A stretch of 32,000 nucleotides of DNA, from the NCBI RefSeq assembly GCF_000283555.1, contig NC_016012.1:420001-452000 (forward strand), given 5' to 3'. The position numbers were made by a program, and so were the translations under genes. This document shows positions 19,125 to 28,194 of the stretch, piece after piece (the first letter of the stretch is position 1; each line of letters begins with the position of its first letter). This DNA comes from Candidatus Arthromitus sp. SFB-rat-Yit (GTDB taxonomy: Bacteria > Bacillota > Clostridia > Clostridiales > Clostridiaceae). The notes under the pieces were generated by a model. That model made no database searches, was not told where the DNA came from, and worked only from the letters and a program-made list of their open reading frames with translations.

Positions 19125-22100
19125 ATGAAAAGGGTAAAAATTTATGTTTTCTATAAAAATAAATTTATAGAATGGGATATTGAAAGTTTCCAAAATAGTT
19201 CTATTGAATTTTTATTGGATAAAGATATAACTTTATTTTCTAGAAATTATTCATTTCATTTTGAATATGAGAATGGGAATTATATATTAAAACCTTTTAA
19301 TGAATTTGAACTCATCTATAAAGATCAAAAATTAAATTCAAAATTAATTTTAGATGGAGATGTAATTATCTGTGATTTAATTGGGGATAAATCTAAGGTT
19401 ATTTTATTTATACAGTATGAGGATTTTTTAGGTTGTAGTTTTTATAAGTGTAAGTTAAACGGGATTTCACAGATAAAGATTGGGAAAAATAATTATGCAG
19501 ATATCACATATTCTAACTCTAATTTATTAGATTACCATATTATTTTAAATTTTAAGAAAAATAGTGCAGAGCTTATAAGCAATGCTGGAGGATGTTATTT
19601 AAATAATATAAAGACTTTAAGTGGAAAAGTTTTATTTGGAGATATAATTTTTATTTATGGGCTCAAGATCGTTTATTTAGGGGATTATATTGCTGTAAAT
19701 AATCCAAATGGAAAAGTAACTTCTAGCTTAAAGTTTTCTAATGATGATATTGAAGAAATGGAAATGATAAAATCTACTAATATTAGTAGAGGAGTCGAGG
19801 ATGATAGCAAGGTTTACTTGGATTTAGATGAAATTATAGAATTTCGAGTTGATCCTCCTGTTGTTCGTGATTATAATCTTTTGAAAATTTTATGTATTGG
19901 ATTAATTCCACTAAGTGTGATAGGCGTAGTAATTTGTGTTTTGACTTTCAATTATATAGAGGCAAGTTATATTTATTCTATTATAGTTGGGGCAGCAGGT
20001 TCTTTGATTGTTATACTTCTTTTGTGTTTGTTAATGTATTTTAGAGTTAATAATACAAGGCAAAAAGAGAAGTACGATTCATATTTAAATGATAAATTTA
20101 AAGAAATATCGGTGATTAAAGAAGAATGGGTGAGAGCTTTATCCCAAAGATATCCAAAAGCTATTGACTGTTATGAAAGCGTTATTAATTTTGATAATAA
20201 TGTTTGGAATAGGGTTTGTAGAGAAAATAATTTGTTGAGCTTGACAATAGGGCAAAGTGAATCTTATTTTGGAAATTTAAAAATTTTAACTGAAAATGCT
20301 AAAGATAATAAACTTTTCGATTCCCATAAGATACTTAAGAAAGTACCGATAACCATACCTCTTAAAAAGATAAATAAACTTTCGGTTGTATCTGATATGC
20401 ATAAAAATTATGATGTATTTAAAAATTTTGTAGTGCAACTTACAAGCAATAATTCATATAAAGATTTAAAAATTGTTACAATTGCATCAAAAGATCATGA
20501 AGAAAACATAAATTTTGTAAAATTAATCCCGCATGCTTATTCTGATAAAAATGATTTTAGATATTTTGCCGTAAACGATGATGAAGTAATTGACGTTTTA
20601 CATAATTTACGCAAAATAATACGAGAGAGAAAAAATATTCTAAAACAAAATCCTAAGTACGTTTTTAGAACATCTTATATTGTTTTCTTATTCTATAATT
20701 TTACAATTCCGATGGATCAGTTTTTAAATTATATAAAAAGTGTTGGAAGTCCATTAAATATTCATTTTGTAATTTTCACAATTAACAAAAAAGATATTCC
20801 TGAATGTTTTAAATATATACTTGATGTGGCTGAAAAAGATCAGACTCTTTATAATGTCCGAGAAAATGGAATTAAGAAGGTTGTTTTACCTTATGACTAT
20901 GGTGATATTGCTAATTTGATTGATATGGACAAGTTCACAAATGCATTATCTAAGATAAAATTAATTACAGATGGAATGGTTAAAGGATTTGAAAGTAAAT
21001 CAATTTATGATTTATATGAAATTTCTTCAGTTAAAGATTTAAATATTGAAGAAAGATGGAGAAAAAATAAATTATTAAGTTCTCTGAATATACCAGTTGC
21101 TACTAAGGATTTAAAAGATGTATTTACGCTTAATATACATGAAAAACATGATGGTATAAATGGAATAATATTTGGCGAAAGTGGCGTTGGAAAGACTGAA
21201 CTATTGAAAAATATAATACTTTCATATTCAATAAATTTAAGTCCAAATTTGTTGAATTTTATAATTGTTAAATCAAACTACAATATTAAATTTAATAATT
21301 TTATACATCTCCCTCATGTCCTCGATATTTTGGACAAGGAGGATCTTTCAGAAAAGAATAGATTGATAGATCTTATTAAAAATGAAGTTGGTAAGAGGCA
21401 AAAATTATTCGATAGTATAGGTGTTAAAGATATAGATTCATATTTAAACATCTATGAAAGTTATTCAGATATTACGGTGATTTCACATTTAGTCATTGTT
21501 ATAGATGATGTTTGTGATGATGATATTAATTTTATAGATGAGTTATCTCAAATGTATTCATCAATGCTTAGTACAGGGATTCATATTATTGTATCTTCTA
21601 ATTGTGTTAGCTCATTTGTTGAAAAAGAGAATATTTTAAATAATTTTGATTTTAAAATATGTTTTAGGTTATCCGATGTTAAAGATTTATTTGAAATTAT
21701 GGGAGAAAATGAAACCTTAAATTCGAATTCTACGGGTAAATTTAATGTAAGATTGTCGGATAGTGTTGTAGTTAATAATGTTCAAAATGTATATTCAAAT
21801 TATTATGTTGAAGATCATACAGAACAATTAGGAATAGAACTTGTAAATAATTGTGGTACTGTTAATAAAAAAATCGTAAGGTCAAATGAAATAAATGAAT
21901 TTGTACTTCAAGAGGATGAAATAATAAATGAAATTATAAATCTTTCATCTGACATAAATATGGTGAATATGTCGCCTTTTAATAGTTCACTTAGATATTT
22001 AAGCCTTCATGATTTATCTGGATATAATAGTAATTTTAATGGATTTATGTGGACTGAGTCGGATAAGCCTTGTGATGCAATAGTTGGGGTTGTTGATGAT

Positions 22101-23414
22101 CCGAAGTATCAAGTTCAAAGATTTTTAAGTGTGGATTTTAAAAATGTAGGAAATTTATTTGTATTTGGATCACCTGGAACAGGTAAAAGTAATCTTATTA
22201 AAACTCTTATTTATTCTCTATGTTGTGAATATAAAGAAAGCAATTTAAATGTATATATTGTCGATCCTAATACTAGAAATACAGATTGTTTCGGATATGC
22301 ACCACATGTTAAAAATATAGCATATACAAAAAATGAGATTAATTCTTTATTTAGAAAAATATTGGAAGAATTTGAACTTAGAAAAAAGATATTTGATAAT
22401 TTAGATATTTCAACAATTGATCAATATAAATTGAGAGTTGGGGAAGAACTACCGAATATAGTTTTAACAATTGATAGTATACAGGAAATTTTAGATGATA
22501 AATGGGATTATATGAAATTTATCAGAATGATAGCAAGAGATGGTAAATTTTATGGCATTTATGTTTGCATAACTTCATCTGAGTATGGAAACACAGAAAT
22601 TAATTTAAGTGAGTATTTTGATAATAAGTTTGTATTGAGATTTAACGACGAGTCCCTATATAAAAAAATATTAGGAAAAGATTATAAGATAGATTCCAAA
22701 TTTAAAGGAAGAGGTATAGTTAATTATAGTGATTCATTAGGAGAGAGGATTCTTGAATTCCAAATAGCCTTGCCAATGATGAGTAATAATGACGTTGATC
22801 TTAACAATAAATTGAAGCGTTTATTTACGCATATGAATGAAGTTAATAATAAAATTTATCTTGGATCAGAAATTATGGATGCATTAGAGTGTGAAGAAAT
22901 TAAAGAAGATAACTCGAATAATAACGATAATGATCAAGTGAAAAATTTAAATAGTTATTTAAATGATTTTATAGATAATTATAATAATTTGTGTGTTGTA
23001 TGTGATTTGGAAAATAATGATGATGTTTTGTATGATATAAATAAAGCTGTGGGAGAAAAAGGGATTAAATCTTACTTTTTTCAAAACCGAGATTTAAATG
23101 AAAATGAAGTAGAAGAATTAATAAATTGGATGGATTCTATAAGTGACGAGAGTGTTTTTGTTATTATAAGTAATATAGAGGGATTAATATCTTCATGTAA
23201 TGATAGAATGATTGAGTTATTTAATTCTATTTTGAAGAGGGAATCTAGAAAAATGTATTTCATTACATCTATATATAAAACTAGTAATGTAAATGAGAAG
23301 TGTTCAGAGGTAATAGATTTATTGATTTCAAATGGGGCAAGTATGATTATAAATGATGATAGAAGTGCAACGATTTTATATAAATCTCAAAAGGATCTTA
23401 TTAAGATAAATTAG
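19125..23414 (+). CDS. essC: EssC/YukB-like type VII secretion ATPase (FHA domains, two TM helices, FtsK/SpoIIIE domains)
   Basis: N-terminal FHA-like regions (KIGKNNYADITY, DIIFIYGLKIVYLGDYIAVNNP), TM pair, WNRVCRENNLLSLTIG, Walker A GESGVGKT and GSPGTGKS, IVDPNTRNTDCF. Confidence 0.88.
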   Translation: MKRVKIYVFYKNKFIEWDIESFQNSSIEFLLDKDITLFSRNYSFHFEYENGNYILKPFNEFELIYKDQKLNSKLILDGDVIICDLIGDKSKVILFIQYEDFLGCSFYKCKLNGISQIKIGKNNYADITYSNSNLLDYHIILNFKKNSAELISNAGGCYLNNIKTLSGKVLFGDIIFIYGLKIVYLGDYIAVNNPNGKVTSSLKFSNDDIEEMEMIKSTNISRGVEDDSKVYLDLDEIIEFRVDPPVVRDYNLLKILCIGLIPLSVIGVVICVLTFNYIEASYIYSIIVGAAGSLIVILLLCLLMYFRVNNTRQKEKYDSYLNDKFKEISVIKEEWVRALSQRYPKAIDCYESVINFDNNVWNRVCRENNLLSLTIGQSESYFGNLKILTENAKDNKLFDSHKILKKVPITIPLKKINKLSVVSDMHKNYDVFKNFVVQLTSNNSYKDLKIVTIASKDHEENINFVKLIPHAYSDKNDFRYFAVNDDEVIDVLHNLRKIIRERKNILKQNPKYVFRTSYIVFLFYNFTIPMDQFLNYIKSVGSPLNIHFVIFTINKKDIPECFKYILDVAEKDQTLYNVRENGIKKVVLPYDYGDIANLIDMDKFTNALSKIKLITDGMVKGFESKSIYDLYEISSVKDLNIEERWRKNKLLSSLNIPVATKDLKDVFTLNIHEKHDGINGIIFGESGVGKTELLKNIILSYSINLSPNLLNFIIVKSNYNIKFNNFIHLPHVLDILDKEDLSEKNRLIDLIKNEVGKRQKLFDSIGVKDIDSYLNIYESYSDITVISHLVIVIDDVCDDDINFIDELSQMYSSMLSTGIHIIVSSNCVSSFVEKENILNNFDFKICFRLSDVKDLFEIMGENETLNSNSTGKFNVRLSDSVVVNNVQNVYSNYYVEDHTEQLGIELVNNCGTVNKKIVRSNEINEFVLQEDEIINEIINLSSDINMVNMSPFNSSLRYLSLHDLSGYNSNFNGFMWTESDKPCDAIVGVVDDPKYQVQRFLSVDFKNVGNLFVFGSPGTGKSNLIKTLIYSLCCEYKESNLNVYIVDPNTRNTDCFGYAPHVKNIAYTKNEINSLFRKILEEFELRKKIFDNLDISTIDQYKLRVGEELPNIVLTIDSIQEILDDKWDYMKFIRMIARDGKFYGIYVCITSSEYGNTEINLSEYFDNKFVLRFNDESLYKKILGKDYKIDSKFKGRGIVNYSDSLGERILEFQIALPMMSNNDVDLNNKLKRLFTHMNEVNNKIYLGSEIMDALECEEIKEDNSNNNDNDQVKNLNSYLNDFIDNYNNLCVVCDLENNDDVLYDINKAVGEKGIKSYFFQNRDLNENEVEELINWMDSISDESVFVIISNIEGLISSCNDRMIELFNSILKRESRKMYFITSIYKTSNVNEKCSEVIDLLISNGASMIINDDRSATILYKSQKDLIKIN

Positions 23415-23432
23415 TAATTTGGGGGAATATAC

Positions 23433-23678
23433 ATGGTTTATTTACAGGTATATGTGCCGGATAAAAATAGGTTTTTTGATTATAGAGTATCGAGAAAAAT
23501 AAATATTTGTAATTTAAAAAGCTTAATTGTTGAATCAATATATAATATAAAATGTGATGATGAGTTTATAAGGAATAATTACTCGTTAATAGATTTTAAT
23601 TGTAGAAGAAGATTGAAAGATGATATAAATTTGTGTAATTATTCTATTTATAATGGATATAAATTTTTGTTAATATAG
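23433..23678 (+). CDS. esaB: YukD/EsaB-like ubiquitin-fold protein
   Basis: 81 aa; YLQVYVPDKNRFFDYRVSRKINICNLKSLIVESIY...DDINLCNYSIYNGYKFLLI; directly follows essC; RBS GGGGG. Confidence 0.72.
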   Translation: MVYLQVYVPDKNRFFDYRVSRKINICNLKSLIVESIYNIKCDDEFIRNNYSLIDFNCRRRLKDDINLCNYSIYNGYKFLLI

Positions 23679-23685
23679 AACCAAT

Positions 23686-23724
23686 AAGAGCATGCTTGAA
23701 TGTAAGCATGCTCTTTAATTTTTA
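23686..23724 (+). terminator. Intrinsic terminator
   Basis: AAGAGCATGCTT ... AAGCATGCTCTT TAATTTTT. Confidence 0.9.
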
Positions 23725-23770
23725 AACATATATAGTAAGTGAATATTTTTATTTTATTTTTGGAGGTAGA

Positions 23771-25285
23771 ATGATTAATAAAATAAAAAATCTTATCATG
23801 ATAAGTTTTATTGCTATACTAATGAGTAATTTTAATGTGATTTCGGGTGCTAAAAATAATATAGGAACAGAGATTTTAAACAGTTATAATACTGGGGAGT
23901 TAATTTATTTAATAAATGAGGATGGGGAATTAGTTAGATTAAATAGAAATATGAAAGATATAGTTCCTGAAAATATGCCTAAACTTCTATCTATTAATGT
24001 TTATGAGGATGATTTTTTTGCACTTACTAGGGAACATGAACTTATTTCTTCTGAGAATTTTAAAACATCAAAAAATATAAGTAAGATTGATAAAAAATTT
24101 TTATTAACATTAGATGGGAAAGTATCTTCATTTGATATAAAAAATTCTAGAGTATTTGGGGATTTTAAAAATGTTAAAGATATAAAAGCTCTAAGTGATA
24201 ATGCAGTTGTGATATATGATGTTCAAGGTAATATAAGTATTGTTAATATTGGAAATTCCAAAATAATGAGCATAAAAAATTTATCAGATATAGAAGATGT
24301 AAATATTTTTAATGAAAATTTGATATTGGTTATAAAAAAAGATGGAACTATGATGGGATTTGGTGATGATTATAATAAGGTTTCCAAAATTATAGAATCA
24401 ATAAAGAACGCAAAAAAATTTATACACCAAATGGATAATTTATATGTTGTAACTTATGACAATAAAGCAATACCAATAATTGAAAATGGTTTTAAAGCAC
24501 CTGAAGAGTATTTGAGAGATATATCTGATATTACTATTAGTAATTTTTCAAATAGTGAAGGCGAATTTTACAAATCTTATTTTGTGACTACTGAAGGAAA
24601 AGTTTCTTATTATATACAAAGTGATAATGAGATAAGTAGTTTTAATAAACAGAAAATTGATTATATTAATGGGTTTGATAATGTAGAAAAAGTTTATGAA
24701 TCAGGGTATTTGACTATAGTACTTCATAGAGATGGTTCTATAACGATACCTTTTAATATTCATCATGAATTGAATGGAATTACAGGTGTAACTAATATTG
24801 AACTTAAAAATCAAAGTTATGTTGTTTATTTAGATAATGGACATGCTATAACATCGCTTGATAATATTATACTAAATGATAGAGGTTCATTTGATAAACG
24901 TGAAGAGATTTCAGATTTATATGAATATTTTAATGTTATTTCGTTAAATACTGTAAATAGGGAAATTAATAAAGAAGATTTTGAAAATATGAGAGAGTCT
25001 ATTTTAAATGACAAGGAATCATTTAAAAATGTTATAAGAAGTTTGTGCTTAGATAGAAAATTCATCTTGATAGATATTGGGTATGATGAAATAATAGAGA
25101 GATTATATTATTCTGTTTTGAATGTCAAACCAAGTTCTGATGAATATAATCATATTTTATATGAAATAATTGAAAAATCAGAGAAAGATAACATGGGCAA
25201 GGAACAAATTATAATTCAGATTGTGAATTATATGTTTGAAAATCCATTATTTGAGGATATATTTAAGAAACTTACTCAAACATAG
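23771..25285 (+). CDS. Secreted/surface protein with degenerate RCC1/propeller-like repeats and possible DUF4214 C-terminal domain
   Basis: Signal peptide MINKIKNLIMISFIAILMSNFNVISGA; repeated segments of the kind LTLDGKVSSF, VIKKDGTMMGFGDD, VLHRDGSITIPF; C-term IERLYYSVLNVKPSSDEYNHIL...NYMFENPLFEDI resembles DUF4214. Confidence 0.5.
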   Translation: MINKIKNLIMISFIAILMSNFNVISGAKNNIGTEILNSYNTGELIYLINEDGELVRLNRNMKDIVPENMPKLLSINVYEDDFFALTREHELISSENFKTSKNISKIDKKFLLTLDGKVSSFDIKNSRVFGDFKNVKDIKALSDNAVVIYDVQGNISIVNIGNSKIMSIKNLSDIEDVNIFNENLILVIKKDGTMMGFGDDYNKVSKIIESIKNAKKFIHQMDNLYVVTYDNKAIPIIENGFKAPEEYLRDISDITISNFSNSEGEFYKSYFVTTEGKVSYYIQSDNEISSFNKQKIDYINGFDNVEKVYESGYLTIVLHRDGSITIPFNIHHELNGITGVTNIELKNQSYVVYLDNGHAITSLDNIILNDRGSFDKREEISDLYEYFNVISLNTVNREINKEDFENMRESILNDKESFKNVIRSLCLDRKFILIDIGYDEIIERLYYSVLNVKPSSDEYNHILYEIIEKSEKDNMGKEQIIIQIVNYMFENPLFEDIFKKLTQT

Positions 25286-25371
25286 TTTTACGTAGTTGAA
25301 TATATTTTTACCCTTATGTATATTAACTAATATGTAAGAAATTTATGGTAATGTGTGGAGGAGTGTTTGAC

Positions 25372-25983
25372 ATGAATAAAATAATTACTATAGGTCGTGA
25401 ATTTGGAAGCGGCGGAAGAGAGTTTGGTAAAAGACTTGCGGAGTATTTAGGCATTGCATATTATGATAAGGAGATAATAACAGAAATATCAAAAAAGACA
25501 CAGCTTGCAGAAGAATATATTCAGGCTATTGAAGATAAACCAATTTCCACATTTCCTATTACCATAGGAAATAGTTTTTATGCAATTTTTAATCCTATTT
25601 CAGAAAATGTAGAAGTAAGTGTTTATGCAGAACAAAATAATATTTTAGTTGATATGGCAAAAAGATCTAGTTGTGTTATTATAGGAAGATGTGCAGATTA
25701 TATACTTGAAGAATTTAATCCATTTAGAATATTTATTTATTCAGATATGAAAACAAAGATTAGTAGATGTATTGAGAGAGTTCCTGAAGGTGAAAATTTA
25801 AGTGAAAAGCAATTGAAAAATCAAATTATAAGTATAGATAAAAATAGAGCTAAGTATTATCAATTTATAACTGGAAATAAATGGGGAGATAGATTGAACT
25901 ATGATTTATGTGTAAACACTAGTTCTTTATCCATAAAATATGCGGCAGAGTATATTGGGAAAATGATTGAAAGTAAAATGTAA
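25372..25983 (+). CDS. Cytidylate kinase-like family protein
   Basis: ITIGREFGSGGREFGKRLAEYLGIAYYDKEII and VIIGRCADYIL; RBS GGAG precedes ATG 25372. Confidence 0.88.
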   Translation: MNKIITIGREFGSGGREFGKRLAEYLGIAYYDKEIITEISKKTQLAEEYIQAIEDKPISTFPITIGNSFYAIFNPISENVEVSVYAEQNNILVDMAKRSSCVIIGRCADYILEEFNPFRIFIYSDMKTKISRCIERVPEGENLSEKQLKNQIISIDKNRAKYYQFITGNKWGDRLNYDLCVNTSSLSIKYAAEYIGKMIESKM

Positions 25984-25985
25984 AT

Positions 25986-26022
25986 AAAAGGCTAGTGTAA
26001 TTTTGCACTAGTCTTTTATTTT
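25986..26022. terminator. Bidirectional terminator between convergent genes
   Basis: AAAAGGCTAGTG...CACTAGTCTTTTATTTT. Confidence 0.88.
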
Positions 26023-27539
26023 ATTTCGATATCATAAGTTTTTATAACATTATTCACTTCAATTGTTATTGTTCCCTTAGATGGAATGTTTATAGGATGA
26101 AATATATAATTTGAATCAAAGTAACCTACATTGCTTGAAAGTTTTAGATTTGGTAACATATATACGTCGATTGGATTGAAATTTTTGTCGTAGCACACAA
26201 AATTTAATTTTTTTGATTCGTTTGAATTTATTTTTGGGGAATCATGAAAATAGAAGTTTTCTATGTCAAAAGTATAGGGCATTTTGTTTGTAATCATAAT
26301 TGAATTTGATATTAAACGGTTTTCTCTTGGGAGATTTGTATATTTTAATGAATGTATCCCAGGTTCTCTAATCATCATTGATGTTGAGCCACCACCATCT
26401 AAGTTTATAGCTTTGTATGCTCCTCTTGATTTTAAAAAATGGGCAAGTTCTACTAACGACATTCCTTTAAAATCATTTTTTTTGTCAACTGTTAAGGCTA
26501 AAAGAGTATTTCTATTTGTGAGTGCTAAAGCTGTCCTGTGGTTTTTTGAAGTAGTCGATTCTTGTGACCACGTTCTTGAAAAATAATTTTGAGGTAATAT
26601 TTGGTTATCGTAGAGTATAAATTCGTGACCTGTTAGAAGATGTTTAATTTTTGGTGTTGAATAGTTACTTGATTTTCGTATTTCGAAATTTATTTCTACA
26701 TCCATATCGATAAAGGCATTATTAAATAGTGCCTTTTTTTTGTCGTATGAAATTACTATAATTTCATCATTTTTAATTTTATAGATGTTTGGAGGATCGT
26801 TTATTATTTCTTTGATTTTTCCTGATATTAAATTTTTATTGTAAAAGGAAGTGTTTTTATTGTTTGGTATTATGGATATAATAAGTGCATCTTCCTTATT
26901 GTTTGGTAGAAATATTGTCGATGCTTCATTATCTTTGCAGTTGAATATGTTTACAGTATCTTCTAAATAGTCACTTCTGTTAATTGAATCTATGTTTATT
27001 TGTGTTTTATAGGAGTTTGAATCTATTAAATTTATGTATCCTGTGAAATGATAGTTGTCTATATCAATACGATTATTTTCAAATATTGTAAAGCATGGTC
27101 TCATTATTTCTTCATCTTTTGTTAATGAGGTTGAAAAAATTTCACCATTTATTAAATTGCTACATACGGGAATACCACTTGACATATTAAAGAAATCACC
27201 ATTGATTGCACCGATTATATTATTTCCATTTTTTTGTTCTTGATTAACTTGATCATTTAATGTGGATTTTCCATTTGTTATGTTTTGAGATTTATGACAC
27301 ATGAGTGAGTATGTTTGGTTTATTAGGTTTAAATCCATTTCAATATAATTAATATTTTGGTGATTAAATTGTTTTCCCATAAAGTTATAGATTATTTCAT
27401 TTTTATGAGTTACTCCAATTGCTAAAGGAGTAGATGATATAATTTGTGCATGTTCATTAAATGATTTTGAGAAACATAGATGATTTTTAAATAAGGTAAA
27501 AATTACAAATACAAATAAGATTTTAACAAAACTTCTTAT
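26016..27539 (-). CDS. Phosphodiester glycosidase family (NAGPA/DUF2233-like) exported protein; start codon non-canonical or lost
   Basis: NNIIGAINGDFFN, HRTALALTNRNTLLALTVD, GMSLVELAHFLKSRGAYKAINLDGGGSTSM. Track start is Met 27380, but the frame extends 53 codons upstream with a signal-peptide-like stretch. Confidence 0.8.
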   Translation of the reverse strand: MRSFVKILFVFVIFTLFKNHLCFSKSFNEHAQIISSTPLAIGVTHKNEIIYNFMGKQFNHQNINYIEMDLNLINQTYSLMCHKSQNITNGKSTLNDQVNQEQKNGNNIIGAINGDFFNMSSGIPVCSNLINGEIFSTSLTKDEEIMRPCFTIFENNRIDIDNYHFTGYINLIDSNSYKTQINIDSINRSDYLEDTVNIFNCKDNEASTIFLPNNKEDALIISIIPNNKNTSFYNKNLISGKIKEIINDPPNIYKIKNDEIIVISYDKKKALFNNAFIDMDVEINFEIRKSSNYSTPKIKHLLTGHEFILYDNQILPQNYFSRTWSQESTTSKNHRTALALTNRNTLLALTVDKKNDFKGMSLVELAHFLKSRGAYKAINLDGGGSTSMMIREPGIHSLKYTNLPRENRLISNSIMITNKMPYTFDIENFYFHDSPKINSNESKKLNFVCYDKNFNPIDVYMLPNLKLSSNVGYFDSNYIFHPINIPSKGTITIEVNNVIKTYDIEIK

Positions 27540-27630
27540 ATCTCATCACCTCAAATTATTTACTTAATAATAGCTTAGTATTTCTTAATTATTTAAAAAA
27601 ATACTTGATATTTTAAAGGGGGAATTATTT

Positions 27631-28194
27631 ATGAGGATTATGATTGTAGATGATGAAAGAAAATTGGTTAATATACTCAAGACTTATTTTGAAAAAGAGG
27701 GATTTGATGTAATTTATTCATTTAACGGTGAGGATGCTATAGATAAATTTTATTCAAATAAAATAGATTTGGTTATTTTGGATTGGATGATTCCTGGGTT
27801 AAGTGGAAATGAAGTATGTAGGTACATAGATGAATATATTAAGAAACCTTTTGATATTAGATTTTTAATTATGAGAGTAAATAAATTGCTAAATTTTGAT
27901 AAGGATATTAGCTTTAAAGATATTAGGATTAATATAAGAGATAAAGTGGTGTATAAAAATGATAAAAATTTAAATTTAACTAAGTTGGAGTTTGATCTAT
28001 TAAGTTATTTTATAAGAAATAAGGGAGTTATATTATCAAGGGATAGGATAATTAATTAAGTTTGGGGATATGACTATGAGGGAGATTATAGGACAGTAGA
28101 TACACATATTAGAAGACTTAGAAGCAAAATAGGGGAAAATAGCATAAAAACACATAGGGGAATGGGATATACTTTGGAGGTTGATGTAGATTAA
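27631..28194 (+). pseudogene. OmpR-family response regulator, disrupted (in-frame internal deletion and in-frame TAA at 28057)
   Basis: REC start MRIMIVDDERKLVN...VILDWMIPGLSGNEVCRYI, then directly DEYIKKPFDIRFLIMRV; w[54 protein letters not shown]. Confidence 0.88.

Noticed and set aside
15090-23678. Known restriction-modification or BREX/DISARM-type defence island
   Set aside because: No methyltransferase, PglZ, PLD or other hallmark partner was seen next to the helicase-like gene, so a named system cannot be supported.
19033-23771. Hidden WXG100/EsxA-like small ORF near essC
   Set aside because: The gaps before essC and after esaB hold no ORF of about 100 codons and no WxG motif was found in the listed ORFs.
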